A stretch of 63,626 nt of DNA, the filler included, from Octopus bimaculoides (Eukaryota), in the NCBI RefSeq assembly GCF_001194135.2. It is 7 parts of 6 records of this genome, joined end to end, with 100 filler letters (N's around TTAATTAATTAA, not from the genome) between each part and the next. Parts side by side here need not be neighbours in the genome. Positions count along the whole stretch, not along the records: positions 49,964 to 62,427 come from NC_068987.1; positions 62,528 to 63,626 come from NW_026424884.1; 5 more parts are not named here. One strand, written 5' to 3'. Numbering within the stretch: the first letter of the stretch is position 1; every line of letters begins with the position of its first letter. This document shows, piece by piece, positions 51,136 through 63,626 of the stretch. The position numbers and the translations under genes were made by a program. Below the pieces are notes generated by a model. It saw only the letters and a program-made list of their open reading frames with translations. It did not search any database and was not told the origin of the DNA.

Positions 51136-51566
51136 AATATTCTTTAATCCCCAGAGATTGCAGATATTGTTTCTGAATCTCTTTGATTCTTTAAATGTGC
51201 TAGCTTCCTGGTCATCAATCGATATTAATTAATATATGATTTTTACCCTATGTTAATATATATAGATATAGATAGATAGATAGATAGATTGATTTATTAT
51301 CTCATTCTGTCTAATATATATATANNNNNNNNNNNNNNNNNNNNNNNNNNNNNNNNNNNNNNNNNNNNNNNNNNNNNNNNNNNNNNNNNNNNNNNNNNNN
51401 NNNNNNNNNNNNNNNNNNNNNNNNNNNNNNNNNNNNNNNNNNNNNNNNNNNNNNNNNNNNNNNNNNNNNNNNNNNNNNNNNNNNNNNNNNNNNNNNNNNN
51501 NNNNNNNNNNNNNNNNNNNNNNNNNNNNNNNNNNNNNNNNNNNNNNNNNNNNNNNNNNCATACATC

Positions 51567-51607
<41 letters not shown>

Positions 51608-52122
51608 TTTCATGCATTCATAAATGTTCCGTTTTCATCTGAAGATTCCTATTTCGTTTGGACGTTACATTCGTTTAATATTTTTTTTCTTCGTCAACTA
51701 AATTTAAATTGATGAAAAAATTATGGGTATTTATTATATAAACGTATTAGTCCATTATTGAAACGTGTACAATAAATATTTGGATAAATACATTTAAATA
51801 ATATTATTTACTCTATTAAATTTGTTTTATCATGTGAACTGATTGAATAGTAAGTTAAAAAGTTTTTTAATAATTCACAGTTTCTATATAGAAGTTCTAT
51901 ATTACAGTAAATTTTTTGTATCTTAAAACATTTTGATATATCATTCCATTTTAAAGCATACTGTACAGTTGCAGGTTTAGCTGTGTCACTAAGACGCTCA
52001 CTTTGTAACCACGTCTTTTTGTGTTCAGTTCTACTCTTCGGCATCTTGGGCTAGTGTCTTCTACTATAGCCTAATGCCTTGTTAGGAAATTCAAAAGATG
52101 AAAACTGTGAGGGAGCCCGTCA

Positions 52123-52156
<34 letters not shown>

Positions 52157-52526
52157 CATTTGTGTGTGTGTGTGTGTGAATATGTGTATGTATGTGTATC
52201 TTTATGCCTATTTTTATCCCCTAGCACGTGGCAACCAGTGCTAGTTTTTTTACGTCCTGAAATTAAGTGGTTTAATATCGATTTGATCACATGGCCAGCA
52301 TAGGAATAAAAACCATCAAAGTTAATAATTATTATAATTATAATTTAGGGTATCTAAGAGACACCACTACGCTGAAAATAACAGTCGAAGCTTGACTCTA
52401 ACACCACAAAAAATGTTCATATAGCACCAGGAGGGAAGACGAAGATACAAAATAGACTAGCAAAAATATTAAATATGCAAGAGAGAGGGGCAAAGAGATA
52501 GATAGATATATGTTTATATAGAACGA

Positions 52527-52568
<42 letters not shown>

Positions 52569-52603
52569 CAGACACTCACATATAGATACACTCTCTCTCT
52601 ATC

Positions 52604-52653
<50 letters not shown>

Positions 52654-53414
52654 GATAAAGAAAGTATATTTAACTCGTGAACGAAACCAATGTAATTAGT
52701 AAAGGCATCTTATAATGCCACTTTCTTACTTCTTTAAATATAAGCTATACGTACAATCATTTTTTAAAAATATTATTTGACAGCTTGAGGCTTCCGTCAA
52801 TAGTCACTTATCAAAGATTATAAAAACATCACCTGGCTGACAGTTTCAAACAGAACGCCTGTTTGATGTTTCTTGAAATCTCGAGAGATGTGTATTGCCA
52901 ATGTTAAATATATTTAACAGACAGGCGTAAAGCAGATACGTTCTCTCCTGCTGTGTCTGCTATTTTTGTTTTAAATATTTTATAGAATATATGTATTGAA
53001 ATACATATGATTAGATGACTGTATTCTGCCAATCTTAATCTGCAAGTATAATATTAATTTTTGTCAACTATGATACTGGAAAATGGCATCGTATGTTGTA
53101 TGGAAATATTAATGTGTATTCTAATACTCTACAGAATGATGAATTGATGTTGTTAATCTAACGTTCGTACTGTCAATGTCCGAGCGGTAATATGTGGACA
53201 TTCCTATCTTGTATGTTCAAATGGTCACGTGCCTCAATAAGATATGTTTGTTATATGAAAATAAATCCGCTTGTAAGTGGTTCAGAATTGTAGATGTCAT
53301 CTATTTTCATTTACAGATTACTTTTTGTGAAGCACAAAATTTATATACAACGATTTATATACAACACAGTATGTATCCTTTTGTGTATATTTTCTGTGAT
53401 ATGTTACTGTATTA

Positions 53415-53700
53415 TAAGGCGGTAAACTGGAAGAATTGTTAGCAAGCCGGGCAAAATGTTTAACAGCATTTCGTCGACTTTGCCTTTCATGCTACTAAAC
53501 ATTTAGCTCAGTGTTAACAATTCTGGTTTCAAACTGTGACACAAGGCCATCAATTTTGTGGGAGGAGGTAAGTCGGTCACATTGACTACAGTGCTCGACT
53601 GGTGCTTATTTTACCGACCCCGCATGGATGAAAGGCAAAGTCGACCTCAGCAAATTTGAACTTAGAACGTAAAGATAGCTGAAATGCCGCTGTTAGCGTT
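53415..53700. mobile_element. SINE family A fragments in opposite orientations
   Basis: aaggcggtaaactggaagaattgttagc...gtcgactttgcctttcat (+), then gaaaggcaaagtcgacctcagcaaatttgaact (-). Confidence 0.7.
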
Positions 53701-54639
53701 ACAAAATATTAAGATGCCATGTATATTTGTCGCTTATTTCATTTCAGTTTTTAGTTCTTAAATAGTAATCTTATCAGCTCAATAAGCCTAAGAAAACACG
53801 TTCTGTCACAGCATAACACTATAGGAGAAATTAGTGAACAGTAAACAATAGATATTAAAGTTATTTACCTAACAATGCTTGAATATTTTATCCACTGAAG
53901 AATAATGAAGTTTATGTTCGTCTCACCTCCGGCTATTTTATATATATATATTTATTTATTCTGAATTATTCATAAGAACGTGATGACGATGTGTGCACAT
54001 TTCTCAATACAATCAAATTTTATTATCAATTTTATAAAATTCTTTAAATTTGATAAAATTTTGATAAAGTAAACTAGAATGAGGAAATAACTAGAATCAG
54101 GAAACATTAATCAATAGCGCAGTGTTATTAGCTAAAAATTTGTACAAATAAACAAACACGTCACAAACTCTTAAGACAGAAGAAACTAAAGAAACTACAC
54201 GTAAAACTAATTACACTTTCAGTTAAATAGACACGTAAAATTTAAATAGTTAAGAAACAAAAATACTGCAAAAAAATATATAGCAAATATATACACACTA
54301 ACAACAAATTCATAATAGTCACTCACAGTAAGTAATAGTTTTATGATCAGATCGGTGAAGACTTGGCTTGGGTCTTATCATTAGAATAAATATGTGTGAT
54401 GGGGTGGGGAATGTAGAATGAGGGATTGCAGGTTGGAAAATAGCGACTACATTAGCCACCCATACCATTATGTATATGCAATATGTGTCCCTAAATTCGC
54501 AGTTGTAGATATTCACAAACTAGAAGTGCAAATACAAACTTACTCTTAATAAACAGACGAATAAATAAATAAATTTACAAATAGTCATTTTCAAACTAAT
54601 TAACTCCATGCAAACGCTAGCCATATTTAAATGATAGTT

Positions 54640-54770
54640 ACGTTCAAATTCCGTTGAAGTCGACTTTCATCTTTTAGTGGGTTATAAGATAAATACCAGT
54701 AGAGCACTGGAGTCAATGTAATCGAATTACTCACTCTCCTAAAATTGCTGGTTTTGTGCAAAATGTTGAA
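54640..54770 (+). mobile_element. SINE family A, diverged
   Basis: gttcaaattccgttgaagtcgactt...aaataccagtagagcactggagtcaatgtaatcga. Further diverged minus-strand copies lie at about 55200-55340, 55490-55570 and 55780-55925. Confidence 0.65.
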
Positions 54771-56542
54771 ATAATATTCAAATAACAGTTTTGGTATATA
54801 TGACAAAAAACATTCAGTTAACAGAAATCACTATAAAGCATACACATTAACGATTAGCCTCTTCTCCATTGTTTATAGTATAACCACTAGTACTGCATAT
54901 CATGTAATTAAGGGACTCTACAGTTACACTCGACTGAGTCATAAAATCAGTTACTAAGAGGAGCTTTATTAAATTAAGTAAGAAGGCCTTGGTAAAATTT
55001 TATGCATTCAATTAAATTGTCTAGGAACGAATCTTCATTCCCACATCAGGATAAAGGAGTAGACATCCAAATTTTCCGAAGATTAATACTTTTTAGACAA
55101 ACGAAAGACAAAAAATATCCGTAAAGAAATTCTAAAAGGAAAAATCTTCTAAGTAGTTTTGTGACAACGCATGCGTTCACTGGAAATAATATCTTCACCA
55201 ACAACAATAATTTCAAATTTGGGTACAAATCTAGCAATATTGAGGGTAGGGAGCATATGGATTACGTCGACCGTATTTATCTTTTATTGGACCTCTAAAT
55301 GAAAAGAGGTAAAGTTGATCTTTACGAAATTTGAACATGTAATATAAAGAACTGCAATTAAGTACTGTAAAGTATTTCTCCCAATCCATCACCTTTCAGA
55401 ATAATTTCTAATTTAATTAAAAAATCGCAAATTTGTTGGAAGGCATTAGGTAGTTAAATCGATTCCAGTATTTGACCAAAATTTCATTCAACAACTCCAG
55501 GGTTGATGAAAAAGAAAGCTGACCGCAGCTGATTTGAACTCAGGACATAAAGAGTTTAAATAAATACCACATGATAGTTTGTCCGGATTCTGTTTGGTCA
55601 TCGTCATCGATTGACTGCACTGCTGCAGCAGCTACATGAATGGCCAGGCTGAGCAACTCGAAAGAAAGGGTTTCTTTTTTCTGCCCATTTTGCTAGTAGT
55701 CATATGATTTTCTCAAAGGTTAAGTCATACAAGTTTAAGTTCAAGCCGTGAACGAAAGCAATAATTCTTTCTAATCTTGTTACAAGGTTTACAGTTTTAG
55801 TGGTAGAGGATTAATCCGTTACATCGCTCGTTCAGTACTTGACTACTACTTTATTTTATTGACCCTTACGGCAGAATTTGAGTTCAGAACCTAATGAGTC
55901 GAAAGAAATGCCACAAAGCGTTTTTCTGGTCAAGGGATTTCAGAAATTGTCTATAGAGTATAGAAGTGAGTGCTCAAATAGTTCTCGTCCATACTTAAAA
56001 TCGATCCTTAGTCATCATCCTTTTTTCCCTCCATCAGCCCTCCACAGAGAGCGCGAGTTGACAACAATAACTATGATCAATATATAAAATATATAATATT
56101 CATCTATATCTCACAATTGGCTTAATATGAGCAAATTAAATATTTGCTGAAATATTAATTTAGAAGCTTATTGAAATTCCCCAATCACAAATTTAATTTA
56201 GTTAATTTTAAACTATGTAAATGCATTTCAGTATAACAGCCTTAGCTGACGTCAAACACTTAACAGTCGTTTGCGATTTTCCTTTCATGGAGTTATAAAG
56301 TAAACATCGAAGGTAGACCAATTAGAACAACTCAACAAATATTTAATGTTATCATTGTTGAGCCAACAGCTAATCTCTACGGAGTCACTTGACCTTTTAG
56401 AAACAGCAACCAAATCCCTCTAGATCACAACCTATCATCTTAAAAAAAATAAATATATTTGATAATGTTGTTTATGCATTTTTCAATTTTTGAGTTCATT
56501 TCAACCATTACAGACACTGCCATTCTAAAGTTCTGTTATCAA

Positions 56543-56574
<32 letters not shown>

Positions 56575-57682
56575 TGTGTGTGTGTTTCATTGGCTAAAAT
56601 ATTTATCCGTATACAATTATACAAAATCTTATATATATATATATGTGTGTGTGAGTGTGTGTGTGTGNNNNNNNNNNNNNNNNNNNNNNNNNNNNNNNNN
56701 NNNNNNNNNNNNNNNNNNNNNNNNNNNNNNNNNNNNNNNNNNNNNNNNNNNNNNNNNNNNNNNNNNNNNNNNNNNNNNNNNNNNNNNNNNNNNNNNNNNN
56801 NNNNNNNNNNNNNNNNNNNNNNNNNNNNNNNNNNNNNNNNNNNNNNNNNNNNNNNNNNNNNNNNNNNNNNNNNNNNNNNNNNNNNNNNNNNNNNNNNNNN
56901 NNNNNNNNNNNNNNNNNNNNNNNNNNNNNNNNNNNNNNNNNNNNNNNNNNNNNNNNNNNNNNNNNNNNNNNNNNNNNNNNNNNNNNNNNNNNNNNNNNNN
57001 NNNNNNNNNNNNNNNNNNNNNNNNNNNNNNNNNNNNNNNNNNNNNNNNNNNNNNNNNNNNNNNNNNNNNNNNNNNNNNNNNNNNNNNNNNNNNNNNNNNN
57101 NNNNNNNNNNNNNNNNNNNNNNNNNNNNNNNNNNNNNNNNNNNNNNNNNNNNNNNNNNNNNNNNNNNNNNNNNNNNNNNNNNNNNNNNNNNNNNNNNNNN
57201 NNNNNNNNNNNNNNNNNNNNNNNNNNNNNNNNNNNNNNNNNNNNNNNNNNNNNNNNNNNNNNNNNNNNNNNNNCACTCCTAACCCACCTTCCCATTCCAC
57301 CCCATTCCATCCCTTACACCCACCCCAACCTCTGCCTACCAACATACCCCTACCTCTACCCTACCTCTACCCCACCTCAGCCTAACCCACACTCTATCTA
57401 TGCTTTCCCCACTCTCGCCTCCCGCACCTCCAAACACCTTCTCATCACACCACGCTACACCATATAACACAACACATCACTTCACAACTCACCACCACGC
57501 ACACACTAGCACTGACCAATTCCCTTCCCCACATTTTCACACCTTCACACCTACATACACATTTGCATACGTTAAGATCACCAGCATTCTCTCACACACA
57601 CGCACCTTCTCGTCTTGGGTTCACCACTTCTATGTTATCTCCCCTTTTTCTTAGCTCTCCTGTGTGACCCTTCTGTCCGGCA

Positions 57683-57830
57683 TTCGCCATGATAGATCGC
57701 TGACCACTATATTTATTTATTTTTCTCTCCTTGTTTCTCTCCTTCTTTCTTTCTGTGTTCCTTTCAGTTAAAGAGCGTAGCTCGAAACGTTAAAGACTTT
57801 CTCTATTCTCGAGCGTTATACTAATACATC
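57683..57830 (+). mobile_element. Same pLTR-like repeat family (copy 3)
   Basis: gccatgatagatcgct...ctttcagttaaagagcgtagctcgaaacgttaaagac...gagcgttatactaatacatc. Confidence 0.55.
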
Positions 57831-57832
57831 CG

Positions 57833-57877
57833 GTGGAGGCTCAATGGCCCAGTGGTTAGGGCAGCGGACTCGCGGTC
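57833..57877 (+). mobile_element. tRNA-derived SINE head truncated by a gap
   Basis: ggaggctcaatggcccagtggttagggcagcggactcgcggtc (A box TGGCCCAGTGG). Confidence 0.55.
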
Positions 57878-58519
57878 NNNNNNNNNNNNNNNNNNNNNNN
57901 NNNNNNNNNNNNNNNNNNNNNNNNNNNNNNNNNNNNNNNNNNNNNNNNNNNNNNNNNNNNNNNNNNNNNNNNNNNNNNNNNNNNNNNNNNNNNNNNNNNN
58001 NNNNNNNNNNNNNNNNNNNNNNNNNNNNNNNNNNNNNNNNNNNNNNNNNNNNNNNNNNNNNNNNNNNNNNNNNNNNNNNNNNNNNNNNNNNNNNNNNNNN
58101 NNNNNNNNNNNNNNNNNNNNNNNNNNNNNNNNNNNNNNNNNNNNNNNNNNNNNNNNNNNNNNNNNNNNNNNNNNNNNNNNNNNNNNNNNNNNNNNNNNNN
58201 NNNNNNNNNNNNNNNNNNNNNNNNNNNNNNNNNNNNNNNNNNNNNNNNNNNNNNNNNNNNNNNNNNNNNNNNNNNNNNNNNNNNNNNNNNNNNNNNNNNN
58301 NNNNNNNNNNNNNNNNNNNNNNNNNNNNNNNNNNNNNNNNNNNNNNNNNNNNNNNNNNNNNNNNNNNNNNNNNNNNNNNNNNNNNNNNNNNNNNNNNNNN
58401 NNNNNNNNNNNNNNNNNNNNNNNNNNNNNNNNNNNNNNNNNNNNNNNNNNNNNNNNNNNNNNNNNNNNNNNNNNNNNNNNNNNNNNNNNNNNNNNNNNNN
58501 NNNNNNNNNNNNNNNNNNN

Positions 58520-58550
<31 letters not shown>

Positions 58551-59432
58551 TATTCCTGAAAACATGATTGACTGGCCACGGCTGAAATAGCCGCGATTAT
58601 AGTTCTCTTCACTTAGGGCGGATCTAATACTATACAATTCCATCAGCAACAACAACTTTATCATCATGTAAATTTTCAAGTGATTCTGAAGGATTTGTTT
58701 TTGAATTCATTTTGCAGTTATATGGAACGAAAATCGCAAACATTCTGATTGCTTATAAAAGGGAGATGACGTCAGGTAAATGCGTTGCTAGAATAAAATT
58801 GATTTGCATACCTTAGAAATCAACTTCATTATATTCTCTTGTATTTAACTTTGTGGTTGAATTGTTATGAATTGACGAAGAACATTATTTTATATCTAAA
58901 ATCCTGGTCATTCACACTATTCTGCTGACATCGATGCATTGGATATGTGTCAATGGAAATAACTACACGAGTGTTGAAAATAGCTATAATGACTCTTTCC
59001 TGAGGTAATTGTATCAATTTCACCTTGTGGATTTACAGAAAGCCATCTGTCAAACAAGTTCAACTATTCTGATCTACTTATCTTTGTTACTCTTTGTCAA
59101 GGCTAGCGTGTTAAGTATTACATTACAAGGTATTATCACTGCGCTAGATGTACACATGTAAATCTTGTTACGCTTACAATAGATTGCTTTCAAAATTCTA
59201 ATTATCCTTAATGTTGTATTCTAAAATATCCAGCATGCAATATTTCCAAGAATCTCTAATGTTTTGAAAATTACGTTCAATATACCGTTTCTCGAAATGA
59301 CACCGTTGGAAATTCACAGAAAAATACTTGAGAAAATGCTTTACGCTATGCAATTTCATAATTCTTCGTTCTAACTTGGAATCCTGCCACAGCAAACTTC
59401 GCTCACATTTAGATGACGATAAGTACTCATAA

Positions 59433-59471
<39 letters not shown>

Positions 59472-59516
59472 CAGGCAGGCAGACAGACAGACAGATAGAC
59501 AGATAGATAGATAGAT

Positions 59517-59572
<56 letters not shown>

Positions 59573-62124
59573 TCATAGATATACATAAATATATATGTAT
59601 GTGTGAGTGTGTGTGTATGTGTACATATACTATTTGTTTTTAAAACTACTATTGAAAAGAAAATGCTTGCGTCGCAATCACATCGTATCGGGTTCTTATC
59701 CCAGTGCGTGGCCGCTTGAACAAATATTTCCTCTAATAGTTTTGGGTGCACCAAAATCTTTTGAATAAAAATGTAGAAAATATAAACTAGGTCGAAACAA
59801 TAGACACATACAAATACGTGCGCGCACACATACACAAACACAATCAAATACAAATCAAGATAGAGAGGTTCCATGATGGCGTCTAGATAGTGGACTGCTA
59901 TTGGTCAACGTAAGACACATGGGGTTACTGTTACAGTGTTAATGGCTGAAACGGACTTATTGAAAATAAATGTGCAACATTATTGAATATGTTCTTTATT
60001 TTTATGTTTGAGTAAAAGCTTGGCTTTACAAATCGTGAAGATCTAGAGTCGACACTACTGCTTTGCATCTAAGCTATATTTTCATTTTTTCAGAACTTGA
60101 GGTCAAGCAAAAACTTTGTTGGGTGAAACTGGGTAGACGGGATCTGCATAAAAGCCAGCCTGCAGGATAGAATTATACATGTAATTCAAGGATTTAGCTC
60201 TGTTCTTCTGTGCCACATGAGAATTACGTTAAAACTACAGGACACTATTGAACTCTATGCCACCTCACATACTAATTTAAAGGATAGGGCGTTAGATGCA
60301 CATGGATCAAAAGTGACCTGTGTGCATATGTATGCACGCATATTAATAATAGCGCTTGAAACTGCATTTAAATACAATACTGCTTCATATAACATTTATG
60401 ATGTATATACAACAGTACTAGCTGTATTTTTTGTCTCAGAAAAAATTCTCAATGAGTGTTGTGTGTTGAAAAGACAGGGCTTTCTCATGGTGTTAGTGGA
60501 TTGGTAGACACGATATTTCTGTCCCATTTGGTCTTTTTGATAATGAATTCTCCTGGACTGAACCGAAAAATATTCGTTCCGATATAGAGATTAGTAAAAA
60601 AAAAAAAAAGTATTCATTGATTTGAGGTAAAATTGGAGGATTCGACAACTATCATTTGATAAATAAATGCTAGACTGAAATCAATATTAAGGTTGATATT
60701 ATAGTACTCTTGCATATCCACAGTCCAATGATTGAAACCAGTAAAAGAAGTGTAAAAGACAATTTTAAAACACTTATGCTGACTCTTGGTAAAATTAAAT
60801 GTAATATCCCGTTAGTAGTAAATATTTACACTTTTGCTTTATATGTCAATCACTAAATAGTTGTGGGATTGAATAGTTACAAACTCGGTATGCGATTAAA
60901 TAGAATGGCTAGACTTCCAATGTAATATCCTATCATCTAATGATAGACAGTCTCTAGTTTATATAATCTACTTCACTGTTCAGACATTCATATACCTCAC
61001 AATGTCACTGTTATTTTATCTGAATCTTGACCTCCGTTCTAACTCGACTACCTTAGAAATTCAAGTCTTCTGTAAATCTATTCAACTTCATAAGATTTCG
61101 GTAAATTTTGAAACTCTTTTGCAGGAAGTTTTCTTTATATTTCTATTTACGTTTTGTTTCTCATTTGACAACTTATTTTGACGAAATAATTACTCGTACT
61201 GAATAAGATAAAAGAAGAGTGTTTATCATATATTTGTGCTGTGAATGTTTCAATTGCCTCTTCGAAACACATTTGTGTAACTTTCTGGTTGTTGAAAATA
61301 TTACAGAAAACTTACAATATTTTCGTGCCTTTATATAAATGTTATATAAATAACTCTGCGTTGCGGAAACTTGGATTATAAAATTACGCAGTTATTGAAA
61401 ATTAACTATAAAGCATCATGACTAATTTGGGGATATCGCCTACAATTCTACCTTTACCGAAGTTCGAGTGCAAGTTTAAAACGTAAAATCAAAGTTCGAC
61501 ACTTTGTCGAACCTCACCAGCATCTATGAATTCTTTTATCGATCCTTCGCCTTGTTTGTGTACGCTCCGCTTCAACTGATTAGGATCTGCCTAGTAACTT
61601 CATCCAAGCAGTACTTGCATTTCCCTCGTACTTATTTTTCTATTAGACGTCGACGTAGAACATCGTTATTTTTCCTTTTCCGAGTTTCTTCTATTCTCTT
61701 GTGTGGTGTGGTTTTCTTGTCTACTGTTGAATGTAACTACTAAAATCGGAGGTATAAGACATTGCTTTTGTTCAAAATGCATGGAAATCAAATGGAAGTG
61801 AAGGGACTAGTATTTTTTACTTTTACTAGTATGAAAAGGAGTGAAGTCATAAACGGATTACAGAGAATGTTAAACCGGATGTTCTACAAAGATTTGACGC
61901 AGGTATAAAACTCAGTTATATTTAAACATTACATTGAATAGGTTGGGAAAGTGTCAAAGTTGTGATGGTATTTGGTTGGCATCAGACGTGGGTTTGAGCG
62001 TATTTCCTTCGATTGGAATCTGTTTATACTATACATACATATATGCATGTATGCATATGCGCACATATATATATTAATATATACATGTAAGATACATACA
62101 CGTGCGGGTGCACCTTCACGCTTG

Positions 62125-62180
<56 letters not shown>

Positions 62181-62427
62181 ACTTTATAAATACAGGGGTA
62201 AAAATTATTAAATAATTTATACTAGTGGTTAGCACGCGTAATAAAAGTCAGAAGACAAACATTTTAAAATATAATAGTGTATGAAATATAAATGGAGAGG
62301 AAACCACCATGTGTATTTCTTACATGCTAAAAATGGCAGTCAAAGCCCAAAACCACGAAAAAGCATTCTTACATTGAAACACGTTGCTTGTACGCGAGCA
62401 AGACATTTGAGTGAATAAAAATTTCAG

Positions 62428-62527
62428 NNNNNNNNNNNNNNNNNNNNNNNNNNNNNNNNNNNNNNNNNNNNTTAATTAATTAANNNNNNNNNNNNNNNNN
62501 NNNNNNNNNNNNNNNNNNNNNNNNNNN
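62428..62527. other. 100-nt placeholder gap of unknown true size containing the artificial TTAATTAATTAA marker
   Basis: Identical 100-nt N/TTAATTAATTAA/N blocks at 18778-18877, 29208-29307, 32757-32856, 46770-46869, 49864-49963 and 62428-62527. Confidence 0.9.
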
Positions 62528-62549
62528 TCATGGAGGTATTGACATGAAG
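62528..62549 (+). CDS. PLBD2: Phospholipase B-like 2 homolog, 3' end of the penultimate exon (HGGIDMK); the rest lies in the N gap
   Basis: T CAT GGA GGT ATT GAC ATG AAG|gtaagg matches the PLBD2 motif SHGGIDVK as I recall it. The phase-0 donor joins in frame to the exon at 63462. Confidence 0.85.
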
Positions 62550-62794
62550 GTAAGGTTTTTTTTTTATGCTGTTGTCTTTACTGAGGATGGGGGTGAGGTG
62601 GGCGATCAGTCTTGGGGGGGGGGGAAGAAAGATGGCTGTGTGAATTGACGTTGTAATAGTAATAGTCGTGGTGGTGGTGGTGGTGAGGATGCTAGTGGTA
62701 CTGGTAGTAGTATTGGTGGGAGAGGTAGTACCAGTAGTAGTGGCATTGTTGGTGGTGATGGGAATGGTGGCAGTAGTAGTAGTAGTAGCAACGA

Positions 62795-62990
62795 TAGTAA
62801 TCTATTAGTGTGTCTCTCTCTCACTGATCCAGTAGTAGTAGTAGTAGTAATCTATTAGTGTATGTCTCTCTCACTAATCCAGTAGTAGTAGTAGTAATCT
62901 ATTACTGTATGTCTCTCTCACTAATCCATTATTCTAATCTGTCTATCTGTCTCTCTTTAATCTATTACTCTGTCTGCCTGTCTCTCCCTT

Positions 62991-63022
<32 letters not shown>

Positions 63023-63318
63023 ACTAATTTATTGCTCTGTCTGTCTGTCTCTTTCTTTGTCTCTCTAATCCATTACTCCGTCTGTCTCTCTCTCAAACAC
63101 AAATCTATCACTCTGTTTGTCTCTCTTTAACTAATCTATTAATCTGTCTGTCTGTCTCTCTAATCTATTACTCTGTCTGTCTCTATCTCTCTCATTAATC
63201 CATTACTCTGTCTTGCTTTCTCTCTCTCTAATCCATTACTCTATCTCTTTGTCTCTCTCTCTCACTAATCCATTATTCTAATCTGTCTATCTGTCTCTCT
63301 TTAATCTATTACTGTCTG

Positions 63319-63352
<34 letters not shown>

Positions 63353-63450
63353 ATCCATTACTCTGTCAGTCTGTCTGTCTCTCTCTCTGTTCCATTACTA
63401 TCTGTATATCTGTCTCTCTTTCACTAATCCATTACTCTGTCTCCCTCTCT
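62795..63450 (+). repeat. Intronic minisatellite of (c/t)TAATC(C/T)ATTACTCTGT plus a pyrimidine tract, roughly 15-18 degenerate units
   Basis: Recurrent ctaatccattactctgtct units separated by CT/CTGT tracts, running up to the PLBD2 acceptor. Confidence 0.85.
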
Positions 63451-63461
63451 CTTTTATCCAG

Positions 63462-63626
63462 TTGACCAATTCCAGTCTTATCAAGAGCCTCAGTTTTGTA
63501 GCCATCGCAGGATGATGTTCCTATCTTTCAGTGGAGTACAACATCCTTCAATGAAACAGTACCTCATTTCGGACAACCAGACATCTTTAAATTCCCACCT
63601 TACCTTTTCGGAGATGATGTCAAACC
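63462..63626 (+). pseudogene. PLBD2: Phospholipase B-like 2 homolog, last exon, frameshifted (LTNSSLIKSLSFVAIAG // DDVPIFQWSTTSFNETVPHFGQPDIFKFPPYLFGDDVK); runs off the window
   Basis: Acceptor ctctcttttatccag|TTG. The two frames together match the PLBD2 C-terminus (recalled human VTSMSLARILSLLAASGPTWDQVPPFQWSTSPFSGLLHMGQPDLWKFAP). The first frame stops at TGA 63513-63515 and homology resumes in the +1 frame at 63511. Homology is strong; pseudogene versus assembly error is unresolved. Confidence 0.85.

Noticed and set aside
58600-58810. TATAAAAG, TGACGTCA and ATTTGCAT cluster with minus-strand MMIKLLLLMELYSIRSAL as a possible chitinase first exon
   Set aside because: The true signal exon is at 21510-21565; these short motifs recur elsewhere in the window (e.g. 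TGACGTCA near 37795) at chance frequency; the donor is weak.
63598-63626. Strong minus-strand donor AAG|GTAAGG at the window end
   Set aside because: It is simply the antisense of the PLBD2 codons CCT TAC CTT.

Overview
Eukaryotic, AT-rich, microsatellite-dense draft genomic sequence with many N gaps. The SINE types and the chitinase sequence suggest a coleoid cephalopod, probably octopus (inference). Two host genes are supported. (1) A secreted GH18 chitinase on the minus strand, with a signal-peptide exon (21510-21565) and the first catalytic-domain exon (19360-19546), which splice in frame to MISLRLLVIFALCSVGCQAYRRVCYHTNWSQYRP...WNDESEPWMKGM. I could not find its remaining exons. (2) The last two exons of a phospholipase B-like 2 (PLBD2) homolog on the plus strand (62528-62549 and 63462->63626). 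The last exon carries a frameshifting deletion that removes the conserved G-P-T motif, and no upstream exons are visible. The rest is transposon debris: L1/Tx1-like, R4/Dong-like, RTE-like and Penelope-like retroelements, mariner and Tc1 remnants, MITEs and many tRNA-derived SINEs. The most unusual signals are a set of hammerhead-ribozyme motifs associated with fold-back elements (one with a fully intact core at 50164-50243, plus a multi-copy variant with U at core position 6), and a minisatellite made by amplifying the branch point and polypyrimidine tract of the last PLBD2 intron. Almost all ORFs in the supplied track are microsatellite or gap artefacts. TE and SINE boundaries are approximate (about +/-20 nt).
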